The notes under the pieces are model-generated. The model ran no database searches, was not told the DNA's origin, and worked only from the letters and a program-made list of their open reading frames with translations. A DNA stretch of 61,791 bases, filler included, from Basidiobolus ranarum (taxonomy: Eukaryota): the NCBI GenBank assembly GCA_040143965.1. It is 20 parts of 20 records of this genome, joined end to end, with 100 filler letters (N's around TTAATTAATTAA, not from the genome) between each part and the next. Parts side by side here need not be neighbours in the genome. Positions count along the whole stretch, not along the records: positions 24,838 to 27,835 come from JASJQH010009678.1; positions 27,936 to 30,931 come from JASJQH010009679.1; positions 31,032 to 34,024 come from JASJQH010009680.1; positions 34,125 to 37,115 come from JASJQH010009681.1; 16 more parts are not named here. One strand, written 5' to 3'. The position numbers and the translations under genes are program-made. Shown here in pieces: positions 25,295 to 36,699 of the stretch. Every line of letters starts with the position of its first letter. The stretch's first letter is position 1.

Positions 25295-25802
25295 TGTTAA
25301 AGTATTTGGGAGCCTGTTGGAAATGGTTTGGAGAATTAGAGGAATTGGTGGTCTTCATATATTGATTTATTAAGAAGAAAGTTGACATTTATAGTTTTGT
25401 CAAGATATAAACAAAATAACATGTAGAGTGTGTTAAGGAAGATCCTAGAAACATGTGTGCAAAGTTTGGGGCTTCTAGCACAAGTTTGAAAAATCTATAT
25501 ATCCAAGAACTTCTAAGTTGGTAAAAATACTCTGAGTAAATTCCAATTAATAATAATATGTAATATCTTGGTGAAATATAAGATAACCAAGTACTAAGCT
25601 ATATATGACTATATGGGTGTTTAGGCAATACTAATTTCAACATGTTTTTGGGACTTTCCTTAACATATTCTACATGTTTGTTTGCTTACATCTTGACAAA
25701 ATTATAAATGTTAACTGAATATTCAATAAATCAACAATTGAAGACCACCAATGCTTCTAGTTCTCCAAACTACTTCCAACAAACTCCCAAAATACTACGA
25801 CA
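25295..25802 (-). repeat. 5' LTR of Copia family B, internally palindromic (~155-bp inverted arms)
   Basis: TG...CA ends; 25295-25455 is the reverse complement of about 25640-25802; second copy at 36021-36500. Confidence 0.8.
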
Positions 25803-28192
25803 GTTACTTGCTATCATGGTATACAAAGTCAAACACTGATATTACCAAACGAATATCAGTCAGCTTTCATATAAATAAGAGTATCAAGCGGCCAAATAGT
25901 TTTCTAGCCAAGATATGTTACTACCTACGATGAGCAATGGTTCACTAATAACAATAATTGCTAGTATAGCATGCATTACCTTATACTGACTAACCAGTGA
26001 ATGAAGGTAATGGATCGGAATTCACCATTATTCAAATTAAATACGCTTGTTGAAAAGCAACCAATTGTTGTGCCATTCAGTGATAATAATACCAACAAAC
26101 AAGTTGATAGGTGTTTACCGTTTTCATATGAATCAAATCACTATAGTAGTGTTATTAGTAGTATTACTAGCTTTGTGAACAAATCAAATACGCATTCGAA
26201 TTGCGTTACATAGAACCACACAGGATTAGGGGGATTCCATCACTCCTCAGTCCATCACTGCTAGGAAAGTGAAGGTGGAAGTGAATGGACAGGGTGTTTG
26301 AGGTCGATTGATGAGAGCTAGAAAAGCCCTGGAATTAACCACGTGTAAGTTTCGGAGTATGACTGCATTAGAGGATTCAGAGAACATCTTCTAGGCTATA
26401 AATAAAGCGAATTAGGCGAGTGAAGCCTTCATACAAAGCAATGGCCGAAAAGGATAAGGTGTGCATAGCCGTATTGGCAAATTATCCGGTGAATGGTTGA
26501 TTCACTCCTGAGAGGATCCAGGGCTCGGTGTATACTTGTTGGTTTGGAATCACCATTGGTCACTTGATCTCACCTGAATTCCTGAAAGCCTCAAGATTTT
26601 CTATTTCAGTATTGATCTTTTTGCTAATTGTGTATGTATATATGTATATATATAGAAGCATCGTGGAGGATAAAAGACACTATGCTGAACTTTCGAACAA
26701 GTGAATCGATTAGGAAATCCATTAAATCAGCATCGACCGCGCTCTCGAACTCGGTGTAGCATGCTTACATTCCATCAAATCGTGTACCACCCCTGGCCTC
26801 GATTAGTGATAACGAAAGTGCAGTTAGGTCATTGTGCTCCAAATTCTGTAGATTGGCAAGATCTTCAGATATACGTCATAGGCGACACCACCATCTCTAT
26901 CACATGCATGCGGAGGGGATTCCAAAAACACCCATACCATTGAAGGATAATGGGGATTTACTCCGTTAGTAGCCAAATGAATGGGTGGTCCGATGATGAA
27001 ATCCATTTTCTTGGGTTTATTACCTAGTGATGTTGGATCACGGAAAGTGTCGAGCATCGTTCAAATCAGCCTCCTCGTTTCTAGCCACCAGGTATAGTGT
27101 GCATAGCTTGGAGTGTGATGGAGAGCAAATCGCACTCTCCAAACCATACTCAGTTTACCTAACCCTACTTCGGGTATGTGGTACATATATATATGTGCAA
27201 CACTAGGCATGCAATATCTGAAACCACCAAGAGTGAACACAACATATTTGCAGTATCTTCGCCATTTCAAAGCAACCTTAACACTGTCAACTGACCTGGT
27301 CATATGGCTTTCCAGCATGATCTTGAATGACAGCAGGTTACAGCCGGAGTGAATGAGTTGTAGTCGTAACGGGTCTTACCAGCGCTAACAAACCTCAATA
27401 TAGACGGTTTCTGTTTCATGGATTGTGTGCATGCACAAATACCAACCCTCCCATCCCCGTTTCTTTGCCAATCATGTGGTTGATGTTATCACCGGAATCC
27501 CACTTCAATCAAATCGAGTTACATTGCCATGGTGCCCCACTCAGATGGTGAATGAGGGATTGCGGAATCTATTTTCTAGGTGGACTCTTTTCCATCACTA
27601 TTGACCTTTCCCGAAACATACCACCAACACTAAACGATCGAGGTACACGCGAAAGTTTTCGGTATGGATAGGTGTCTAGTGGAGTCTCTGCAAGTCCATT
27701 AACCAACTTGGGAATGAAGAAACCCCATAGGAATTCGCTGGAAAAGAATTTCTAGCCACTATGAATAAATAGCGCCCGAGTTTGGGTCAGTATTTCCCCC
27801 TGATCAACACCGCCCCACTACCACCATCCAAATAGNNNNNNNNNNNNNNNNNNNNNNNNNNNNNNNNNNNNNNNNNNNNTTAATTAATTAANNNNNNNNN
27901 NNNNNNNNNNNNNNNNNNNNNNNNNNNNNNNNNNNTTGCTCTATTATATTCCTTTGGAGTTTTTATTAGGCGTGCTTATCTACTAGCTTTGCTTTGCAAC
28001 AAATGGCCCATGTCATTAATACCATGTAACCCCTTTGTCTATCTTCTTGAGAAGTAACAGCAGTTATAATTTTGATTACCCAGTTGATACCCGGCTTTAC
28101 TCCCCCGGTGGCGCTACACTGTGTGAGAAAGTATTAATTACATTTCCACATGAATACCATGTAGCCACATATACAGACACCCTGTATATATC

Positions 28193-28265
28193 GCCCGGCT
28201 AGCTCAATCGGTAGAGCGTAAGACTCTTAATCTTAAGGTTGTGGGTTCGACCCCCACGTTGGGTG
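28193..28265 (+). tRNA. tRNA-Lys(CTT)
   Basis: GCCCGGCTAGCTCAATCGGTAGAGC; anticodon arm TAAGA-CT-CTT-AA-TCTTA; GGTTCGA. Confidence 0.95.
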
Positions 28266-28433
28266 CTAATATTTTGAATTTTATCTTTGTGACACTTGAT
28301 ACAGACAGTTTCTTTTGTGGGTATTAAAAGTTAGGGCAATTCCATAGAGTAATCAATCTGACATAATATTCAAATTTTGTTAGAGAATATTTGCATGTAT
28401 CTGTCTATGAATGTTACACCGGGGAAGCAAAAT

Positions 28434-28506
28434 TGGAGGACCTGGGTATCGATCCCAGTGCCTCTCGCATGCTAAGCGAGCGCTCTACCATCTGAGCTAG
28501 ACCCCC
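28434..28506 (-). tRNA. tRNA-Ala(AGC)
   Basis: GGGGGTCTAGCTCAGATGGTAGAGCGCTCGCTTAGCATGCGAG...GGATCGATACC. Confidence 0.95.
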
Positions 28507-28840
28507 ATATTTCTTTGGTAATGCTATAATATATGAAATCCTCTTTCTACATTATTCAGTGAGGCACTGGTGTTTTAGCACACACAACCATATACCATTT
28601 AAGTTTCCTATACATTTGGTGATACACCTGAAACCAAGTGCCTTTTCTTGGAGGCGCTAATGGCTCGGGATAGTATATAGCAATATATTGCACGAAATTT
28701 GGTGCGTACATCTTTTGCTAAAAGGAATACATACATTCGAGAGAAATATGAGTAGGGCCTCTACCTTCAAATGCTGCTTCGGTCACTGGTAAAATGGAAC
28801 AATGGATAGCGTATGGTAATAGGCCACCAAAAGAGAAACA

Positions 28841-28914
28841 TGTCTTCGCTCGGATTCGAACCGAGGACCGTCTGTGTGTTAGACAGACGTGATAACCAAC
28901 TACACCACGAAGAC
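28841..28914 (-). tRNA. tRNA-Val(AAC)
   Basis: GTCTTCGTGGTGTAGTTGGTTATCAC; anticodon arm TCTGT-CT-AAC-AC-ACAGA; GGTTCGAATCC. Confidence 0.95.
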
Positions 28915-29255
28915 AAGACAATCGTATCTATTAACCAATATTAATAAGCATGATATTGGCAAAGTCAACCACATTCTCATACCATATACATCAGAAAAAC
29001 ATATAATTAGGCTAGTTTGATCTGTACTTGTTTTGCCAAAGGCAAAGTATCAAATATGGGAGATATGGATATTATGAAGTTTTGCTCCAAGCCTCAGATG
29101 TATGTATGGCATTCAAACAGATAGTCAGTATTTGCATTTGCCTGAGCAAAGTGATTTGATCGCAGTGGGCTATTTGGTAAGCAATATGTCAATCGCATTC
29201 TAAATAAGCACTAACTATAGGAGTATATGGCTCTATAGCTTAGAATTTAGCAACA

Positions 29256-29329
29256 GCTCGCATAGCTCAGTTGGTTAGAGCGTGGTGCTAATAACGCCAA
29301 GGCCGCAGGTTCGACCCCTGCTGTGAGCA
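29256..29329 (+). tRNA. tRNA-Ile(AAT)
   Basis: GCTCGCATAGCTCAGTTGGTTAGAGC; anticodon arm TGGTG-CT-AAT-AA-CGCCA; GGTTCGACCC. Confidence 0.95.
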
Positions 29330-29540
29330 AATCCTTTTGCAATAAGGACGCATTGCAAATAAAATTTGGATCAAATTAAATTTGGTACGGGATTTCATTC
29401 TTCCTAATAAGTATAGCATCTTATGAGTGTACTACTCTCACCCTACAATATAAAGAGATGTTCACTTTCTTTGAGGTATGGATGAATGGGCAAAAAATTT
29501 CGCCATTGCCTCCATGTATATATTGATATATAAAAGTTTA

Positions 29541-29613
29541 CGAGCATACCAGGGATCGAACCTGGAATCTCCTGATCCGTAGTCAGGCGCCTTATCCATT
29601 TGGCCATACGCCC
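29541..29613 (-). tRNA. tRNA-Arg(ACG)
   Basis: GGGCGTATGGCCAAATGGATAAGGC; anticodon arm CCTGA-CT-ACG-GA-TCAGG; GGTTCGATCC. Confidence 0.95.
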
Positions 29614-29981
29614 ATATTTCAAAGAAACGCATGAACTTTCAATATATACTTGAGCATTCATGTCCCCTTTGTATATCATTCAAATCAAACACTACTCAAA
29701 TCACTCTCTGAGACCGGTTAAAAGGAGTTCCTCGCACATTCTTATCCTCCAGCTAATTATGGGCCTGGTGTTTACAAATGTGTACCAAGTTAAACACTTT
29801 CTCTACATTGGGAGATCAAATCTCTGCCCAGTGAGAAATACTGGACCAGACCAATGTGGGGATTGTACAGGCTAGCTATCAAGTCGAGTATTTTGGTCGA
29901 AACAAGCTATGGAGTGTAGTTAAAGCCAGACTATGCTATAAGAATAGCATAATATGGCAATGCCTGAGTTACGTGTAACAT

Positions 29982-30052
29982 GCATACTTGGTTTAGTGGT
30001 ATAATTACCGCCTGCCACGCGGTAGACCGGGGTTCGATTCCCCGAGTATGCA
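29982..30052 (+). tRNA. tRNA-Gly(GCC)
   Basis: GCATACTTGGTTTAGTGGTA; anticodon arm ACCGC-CT-GCC-AC-GCGGT; GGTTCGATTCC. Confidence 0.95.
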
Positions 30053-30507
30053 GAATACTTTTTGATACCTGTCTATGTTCGTAGCAGACATATGCTTTCG
30101 CAATTTTTCTTTTGCCATGTTGGTGCATCATGATTGCTTCACATTGGAATAGATAACTCTTTCCCCCTAACCCAAACCCACACTGGATCACTTCCGGTGA
30201 AAGGCCTAGATCTCTTGGTATCCCATTTTAATCCTTTCTGCCATTATAGTCCTAGCTTAGTAATACTTGAGTGTATTTGTACTTGCTTGGTCAAGTTTTT
30301 CATGGTTTTGGCCAGCCGGGTCATCCTACATCTCTCCCATACCCAAGAATACACTCTCCTATTAGATGCTAGCTATGCAAAACAGAGTTAGGGTTAGTGA
30401 ATAAAAGGAACATAGGCTCTCAAACCTACCTGAATATTAAAAAGCTTACGATTGCAAACTTTTCCATAACCCGTTAGAGTCTGCACGCCTGGAGTGCCCC
30501 TAATTAT

Positions 30508-30579
30508 AGACTGGCACTGAAATCGAACCATGAACCCATATTCCATTGTTACGAACCATAGCAACTATGCTACTAGGGC
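30508..30579 (-). pseudogene. Degenerate tRNA-like sequence
   Basis: A-box-like TAGCATAGTTG and B-box-like GGTTCGATTTC at tRNA spacing, but acceptor and anticodon stems do not pair. Confidence 0.4.
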
Positions 30580-30789
30580 TGAGTATTATTGTTACTATGG
30601 ATCCTGAATCTATAAGTTTGTAGAGAATACCAATGATGCCACTTGAGGACTACTCCATGCTTGCCATTCTTTTTGGTCTAGTAGATGATGCACAAAGCAA
30701 ACAAAGATCCGCTATTAAAAGTAGATGTATTCATCTATAAGTCAAAACGACAAGAATCTAAACAATCCCCACTTACAGAAAGTACAAGT

Positions 30790-30862
30790 GCCTTCTTGGC
30801 TCAGTTGGCAGAGCGTCTGCCTAGTAAGCAGAAGGTCGCTGGTTCAATTCCGGCAGAAGGCA
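30790..30862 (+). tRNA. tRNA-Thr(AGT)
   Basis: GCCTTCTTGGCTCAGTTGGCAGAGC; anticodon arm TCTGC-CT-AGT-AA-GCAGA; GGTTCAATTCC; T-run terminator. Confidence 0.95.
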
Positions 30863-31509
30863 TTTTTACTGACTTTTTGTGTCCATGTATTTGCGTTAAG
30901 CAGGGTTCGATGCAGTATTTAATTAAGCTATNNNNNNNNNNNNNNNNNNNNNNNNNNNNNNNNNNNNNNNNNNNNTTAATTAATTAANNNNNNNNNNNNN
31001 NNNNNNNNNNNNNNNNNNNNNNNNNNNNNNNGAACGAATTTTGTACTATTTCTGTATTAATTGTATGTCTTGCGGATTCGGTATAACTAACCTAAAAACC
31101 AATGTAACATTACTGTGCCATAAACCACTCAACTATATCGAACAATGTTAGTAATACTTCAATTGCGAATCACAAACCATTTTGATGAATATTCACTTTT
31201 AGCCATTAACGCTGTCTTTGCATTATTTTAACGGAGTTGCCCAGCTCTGAGAAGTGGAAGAAGATTATGCAAACTTTTGTCTAGTCAAAGTTAAATCGAT
31301 ATTGGTTTGTGCTTTTTACATCAGACCATGCGAGAGTAAATGAATTCAATCAGTTATCTATATCTAATAAACAATACAATTCATGCAAAATAAACTATTT
31401 GCTTTATTAATAACTATTTGGTTCGTTAACTTGAACTTGCATATTGAGTATAGTATCCAGTACATATCAAGGTCTTTTCATACTTTTGTAGCTACGAAAC
31501 TTTCATCAC

Positions 31510-32601
31510 CTAGAAACCTCTAAGTAGGAACCGTCTTCTCAAGCCATGACCTTTGGTTTGGTCTGATTTAGGCCCTTTCGAAACTCCTTCACCCTTTTTA
31601 GAGAAGTTTGTGCTTTTGTCATGACTGGCCGAGGCACCAGATTGGGGACCAGGAATTTTGGACTCATCTGAGCTCTTTGACTGAGGAGGGCCTTTATCTA
31701 CGTGATCAACCTTGCTATGATCATCGTCATTATCGTCATCATCGCCTTCATCATCGTCGTCGTCGTCCCCCTCATCATCGTCGTCGTTGCCCTCATCATC
31801 ATCATCGTCTTCGTCATCATCATCTTCATCACCATTATCATTTTCATCATCACCACTATCCTCACTACGCTTTACTACTCCATTATGTTGGCTATTAGCG
31901 CTCTTTTCATTGTCTGAGCCACTTGACACGCCGTGTTCCTCTTGACTTTCGGCTTCATCATCATCACTACCTTCTTCATCATCGTTCTCACCGTCATCAG
32001 CACTATCGTCATCGCCTTCGTTATCATCCCCATCGTCACCGCCAACGTCTTCTTGCTCACGTTTCTCTAAGGCAGTGTGCTTATGTTTAGCAATTTCCTT
32101 ATCATTGCCATGGTCTGATGCACTACGTTCATCCTGATCCTCACCATCATCGCTACTACTCTCTTCATTGGCTTCGTCATCATCTTCATTGTCACCTTCA
32201 CCATCATCGTCATTACTTTCATCCTCCTCAGCATCGTCGCCTTCATCGTCGTCCTCATGATCCTGGTCATCAAAGTTGCGCTTCTCCAACTTCATGTCAC
32301 CTGATTGCTCTGCCTCGGCATCATCGTCACCTTCAACATCATCTGCAATGTCACTACTAGGAGAGGTTTCCTCACTATTATCGCCTGCACCATCCTTTAG
32401 TACACATGTAGGCGTCTTGCTATCACTCATGCTGCATACAGTTCCTTCACCACATGTAATGTGTGTCCATTCGCTATTGGAGCATTGGTCAATCTGGTTC
32501 GGACTGTCAGAAGCGCATTTTATCTCACCATTTGTACAATCAGCCAGAACCACCGAAGCGTATACAAGAGCTGATAGGGCTAGACCGCAGAAAGGCTTCA
32601 T
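31510..32601 (-). CDS. Secreted protein: CBM19-like Cys domain, Asp/Glu-rich blocks separated by KR sites, basic C-terminus
   Basis: Signal peptide; CTNGEIKC..DQCSNSEWTHITCGEGTVC; LEKR, LEKR and VVKR each precede a poly-D/E block. Confidence 0.85.
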   Translation of the reverse strand: MKPFCGLALSALVYASVVLADCTNGEIKCASDSPNQIDQCSNSEWTHITCGEGTVCSMSDSKTPTCVLKDGAGDNSEETSPSSDIADDVEGDDDAEAEQSGDMKLEKRNFDDQDHEDDDEGDDAEEDESNDDDGEGDNEDDDEANEESSSDDGEDQDERSASDHGNDKEIAKHKHTALEKREQEDVGGDDGDDNEGDDDSADDGENDDEEGSDDDEAESQEEHGVSSGSDNEKSANSQHNGVVKRSEDSGDDENDNGDEDDDDEDDDDDEGNDDDDEGDDDDDDEGDDDDNDDDHSKVDHVDKGPPQSKSSDESKIPGPQSGASASHDKSTNFSKKGEGVSKGPKSDQTKGHGLRRRFLLRGF

Positions 32602-33701
32602 GATTCAAGTGTATTCTCTAGAAAAGTGTATGTGGAATTTGATTGCAAGCTGTAGACACACTTGTAATTTGGTTTTCTTAACAAGAACTGAGAAGCCTGA
32701 GCTTTATACTCGGCAAGCCCTTAGAGTTGTAAGGATTGTAATGATGACTAAGGCCTCGGGTACTTCTTGGCCCATAGTGTGTATCAGGGATTCCATTGGG
32801 AGTCGGTAATGCAGGAATTGATCTTTCGCTTGGACAGAGATTAAATGGCTACCAACTTACAAGTTAATTAAAGCGCAAATTTTATTTATAGTTGTAATTG
32901 GACCATGTATTATATTATCTCATTCATAAGGGTTGGATACTTATTTATTTGAAACAAAGTGTCATTATTGATTGGAAAATAACGCTACACATGGAAACCG
33001 TGAGAGGAGTATAACAATGGACCAGCAACCGCCAAGGCGAAACATGAATTTTTTCAGGAGTACATATTGAGTAACGTCGCTTGTATCAATCCTTATTTTC
33101 GATTTGGATAAAACCTTTTTTGCTCATTCGAGCGACTTTATTTACGAAACAAGCACTGCGTACAAAAGATAGAACACAATAAAGGATTTTGTACTATTTC
33201 TCTGCTAATTGTATGTCTCACAGATTCGGTATAACTAGCCTAAAAACCAATGTAACATTACTGTGCCATAAACCACTCAACTATATCGAACAATGTTAGT
33301 AATGCTTCGATTGCGAATCACAAACCATTTTGATGAATATTCACTTTTAGCCATTAACGCTGTCACCAGTCATTTTGGCGAATATTCGCTTCTAGTCATT
33401 AACACTATGTTTGCATTATTTTAACGAAGTAGAGTTGCCCAGCTTTGAGAAGTGAGAGAATACTAACTAAAATTTTATCCAGTCAAAGTTAAATTGATAT
33501 TGGTTTGTGCTTTTCACATCAGACCATGCGAGAGTAAATGAATTCAATCAGTTATCTATATCTAATAAACAATACAATTGATGCAAAATAAACTATTTGC
33601 TTTATTAACAACCATTTAGTTCGTTGATTTGAACTCGCACATTAAGTGTAGTATCCAGTACATACCAAAGTCCTCTCATGCTTTTTGCAACTATGAAACC
33701 T

Positions 33702-34024
33702 TTATCGTCTAGAAACCTCTAAGTAGAACCGTCTTCTGAAGCCATGACCTTTGGTTTGGTGCGATTTTGGGCCTTTCGAGGTATGTATATCTTTGCTGCC
33801 ACTAGGCGAGGCGCCAAGTTTCGAGCCAAGTATTTCCGATTTATCCGAGATCTTTGAGTCAGAGACAACTTTAACTACTTGACCACTCTCACCATGAGCG
33901 GCATTTTGATCCGTATGGGTGCCAGTTATGTCGTGCCCTTTATCAACACCATTGTCCTCCTCATCATCATCTTCATCGTCGTCGTCGCCCTCATCATCAT
34001 CTTCATCGTCGTTCTCATCATCAT
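33702..34024 (-). CDS. 3' end of a tandem paralog of 31510..32601
   Basis: Open frame DDENDDEDD...SKGPKSHQTKGHGFRRRFYLEVSRR*; downstream 33185-33780 duplicates 31040-31580. Confidence 0.75.
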
Positions 34025-34124
34025 NNNNNNNNNNNNNNNNNNNNNNNNNNNNNNNNNNNNNNNNNNNNTTAATTAATTAANNNNNNNNNNNNNNNNNNNN
34101 NNNNNNNNNNNNNNNNNNNNNNNN

Positions 34125-35322
34125 GAAACAATCCGCCGCTGAGATTGAACACCAAACCGAGAGAATTATTGCCGATGCTGGAAATGAAAAAGGACCTGCT
34201 CTCGGTGTACTGACCTGTGACAATCGTGATGTTTGGACAGATGCTCGTCAATTGATCCTTGAATCTGCACCCGAAAACAAGCAACTTCTCGAAAAACTCG
34301 AAAGTGCCACTTTGCTTCTTTGTTTAGATGATACTTCTCCTACTACTCGTGATGAGCACAGCTGGAGCTGCTGGGGTGGTGATGGCCGTAACAGATACTT
34401 TGACAAATCCCTCCAATTCCTCGTCTTTGAGAACGGAAAGGCCGGTTTCTTGGCCGAACACTCTAGCATGGATGGTACTCCCAACGCACGCCTTAATGAT
34501 TATATTCTAAGCAGCATTGCCAAAGATACCGTTAACTACGGATCCGAAACTGTTAGACAAGATCTCAAAGCTCCTGAGCAACTCAAATTCTCTTTCAACG
34601 ATCAAGTCCTTAAGACCATTAAAGATTCTGAACAGAGCTTCGACAATACCATGGCCAAACAAGAGCTTAGCACACTTGCTTACCACGGATACGGAAAGAA
34701 CTTAATCAAGAAGTTCCGTTCTAGCCCCGATGCATTTGTTCAAATGATCATTCAACTGGCTTACTTTAAAATGTACGGTACCAGTCGCGCTACATATGAA
34801 GCTGCTACCACCCGTAAATATGAACACGGTAGAACTGAAACAGGTCGTACCGTTTCTATCGAATCAGCTGCTTTTGTCAAGGCTATGGAGGATTTGGACG
34901 TATCTAATGATCAAAAGGTTGCTCTTGCTAGCGCCGCCATGGATGGACACGTGAAATACTTGGGTGCTGCTGCTGAAGGACAAGGTGTTGATCGCCATCT
35001 CTTTGGTCTTAGACTTAGCTTACGCCCTGACGAGCCCAAGCCAAGCATCTTCACCGACGAAGGATATACTAAATCTACCCATTGGAACCTCTCTACTTCA
35101 CAGCTTGCCAGTGAGCATTTCGATAACTGGGGATTCGGTGAGGTTGTTCCCGATGGTTTCGGTATTGGTTACATCATCAAGAACAATGCACTTCACTTTA
35201 ATGTTACCAGTATGCATTTGGGATCCAAGACCCTCAATCACTTGTTGGCAGAATCGGCAGAAGAGATGAAGCAGATCTTTGAAGAAGATTTAGCTAAACA
35301 AGCATCTAAACCCAAGCTTTAA
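34125..35322 (+). CDS. CAT2: Carnitine O-acetyltransferase, C-terminal part, with a PTS1-like -PKL end
   Basis: NRYFDKSLQ, EHSSMDG (catalytic His), SPDAFVQMIIQLAY, HGRTETGR, GQGVDRHLFGL, LSTSQ and GFGEVVPDGFGIGY. Confidence 0.92.
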
Positions 35323-35994
35323 ATCGATTCCAGAGCATATTTACATATCTACCTGATGGTAAGAACATTCTTCATGTATAGTTCAATCGTGCTTATGATA
35401 ATTCCCATCCATATTCATTGGAAGTATCCCATGCAAAGTTGAATAAAAACCCCACTTTTTTTGCATAAGAACCGAATACCAGTGTGAAATTGTTTACCTA
35501 GGCATCGCTCTATATTAGTAGGCGTATGTGTTTCGAGAACGGCTGATGATTAAGACGTTAAACCTGAAAGAAAGCAATTGTTAACAACATGTTCTATAGC
35601 AAAGTTGCTTTTATGGCCAAAAATAATAGACTGAAAATTGAATTGCAATGGATGAAGTATCCAAGCGGAGCTCTATATGATTTGAGATTGTAAAACCATT
35701 CCAAGCTTACTATTGAATAAACTGATGTACGCTTAGTTAGAATTGAAGAGCTAATAGAATGACATACAAAGGCACTCTCTTCACTCTAATTCCACAGGAT
35801 TATGGATACTACATAGTATAACCAAGAAACTGTTCAATAAAAGCATTTAGCACAATGGTCATATGTTTATCTTATTTCATGAATGCAAAGCTGTGAATGG
35901 CAGTGTATGTATACCAGCCAGATACATCTCTTAAAATAAGAAAAAGATTGGTTTCTGTATCTTTAAGTATTTTGATACCAGGTAGAGGTGGTAC

Positions 35995-36500
35995 TGTTGA
36001 AGTATTTTGGGAGGTGTTGGTGTTAAAGTATTTGGGAGCCTGTTGGAAGTGGTTTGGAGAATTAGAGAAATTGATGGTTTTTACTTATTAATTTATTGAG
36101 TATTCAGTTGACATTTATAGTTTTGTCTTATTGTAAGCAAACTAACATGTAAAATGTGTTTAGGAAGGTCCTAAACACCTATACAGGCATATATAGCTTA
36201 GTATTTAGTTATCTTATACTTCACTAAGATATTACCCATTATTCTCAATTGGAATTCACTAAGAATATTGACACCAACTTTGAAGTTCTCAGATATATAG
36301 ATTTTTCAAACTTGTGCTAGAAGCCCCAAACTTTGCACACATGTTTCTGGGACCTTCCTAAGCACATCTTACATGTTAGTTTGCTTACATCATGACAAAA
36401 CTATAACTGTTAACTTTCTACTCAATAAATCAATAAATGAAAACCATTAATTTCTCTAATTCTTCAAATCACTTCCAATAGGATCCCAAATACTTTAACA
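35995..36500 (+). repeat. Second copy of the palindromic Copia family B LTR (apparently solo)
   Basis: Arms 36021-36177 and about 36340-36500 are inverted; the core matches 25455-25620 in reverse; an extra 26-nt terminus variant sits at 35995-36020. Confidence 0.8.
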
Positions 36501-36699
36501 AATATATGGGCAATCATGTCTTTGGTAGAATAATAAGTTAAGTTAATAAACTAATTCTCTTTAGTCTCTCTAATGATATGATGTCTAATATCTATATATT
36601 TGCTTCTATTATGAAACATGGGATTTCTAGTGTTGGTAGTATCATATGCTAATCTGATTAAGAATGTATCAGCAAAATCAGTGATGAGTGTAATGCACT

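Noticed and set aside
28718-30987. Short ORFs across the tRNA contig
   Set aside because: They overlap tRNA genes and show no protein features
31608-32809. His-rich, Ile/Val-rich and Met-rich ORFs (also 33879-34076, 37231-37999, 39803-40256)
   Set aside because: Alternative-frame or antisense shadows of GAT/GAC-rich acidic coding sequence
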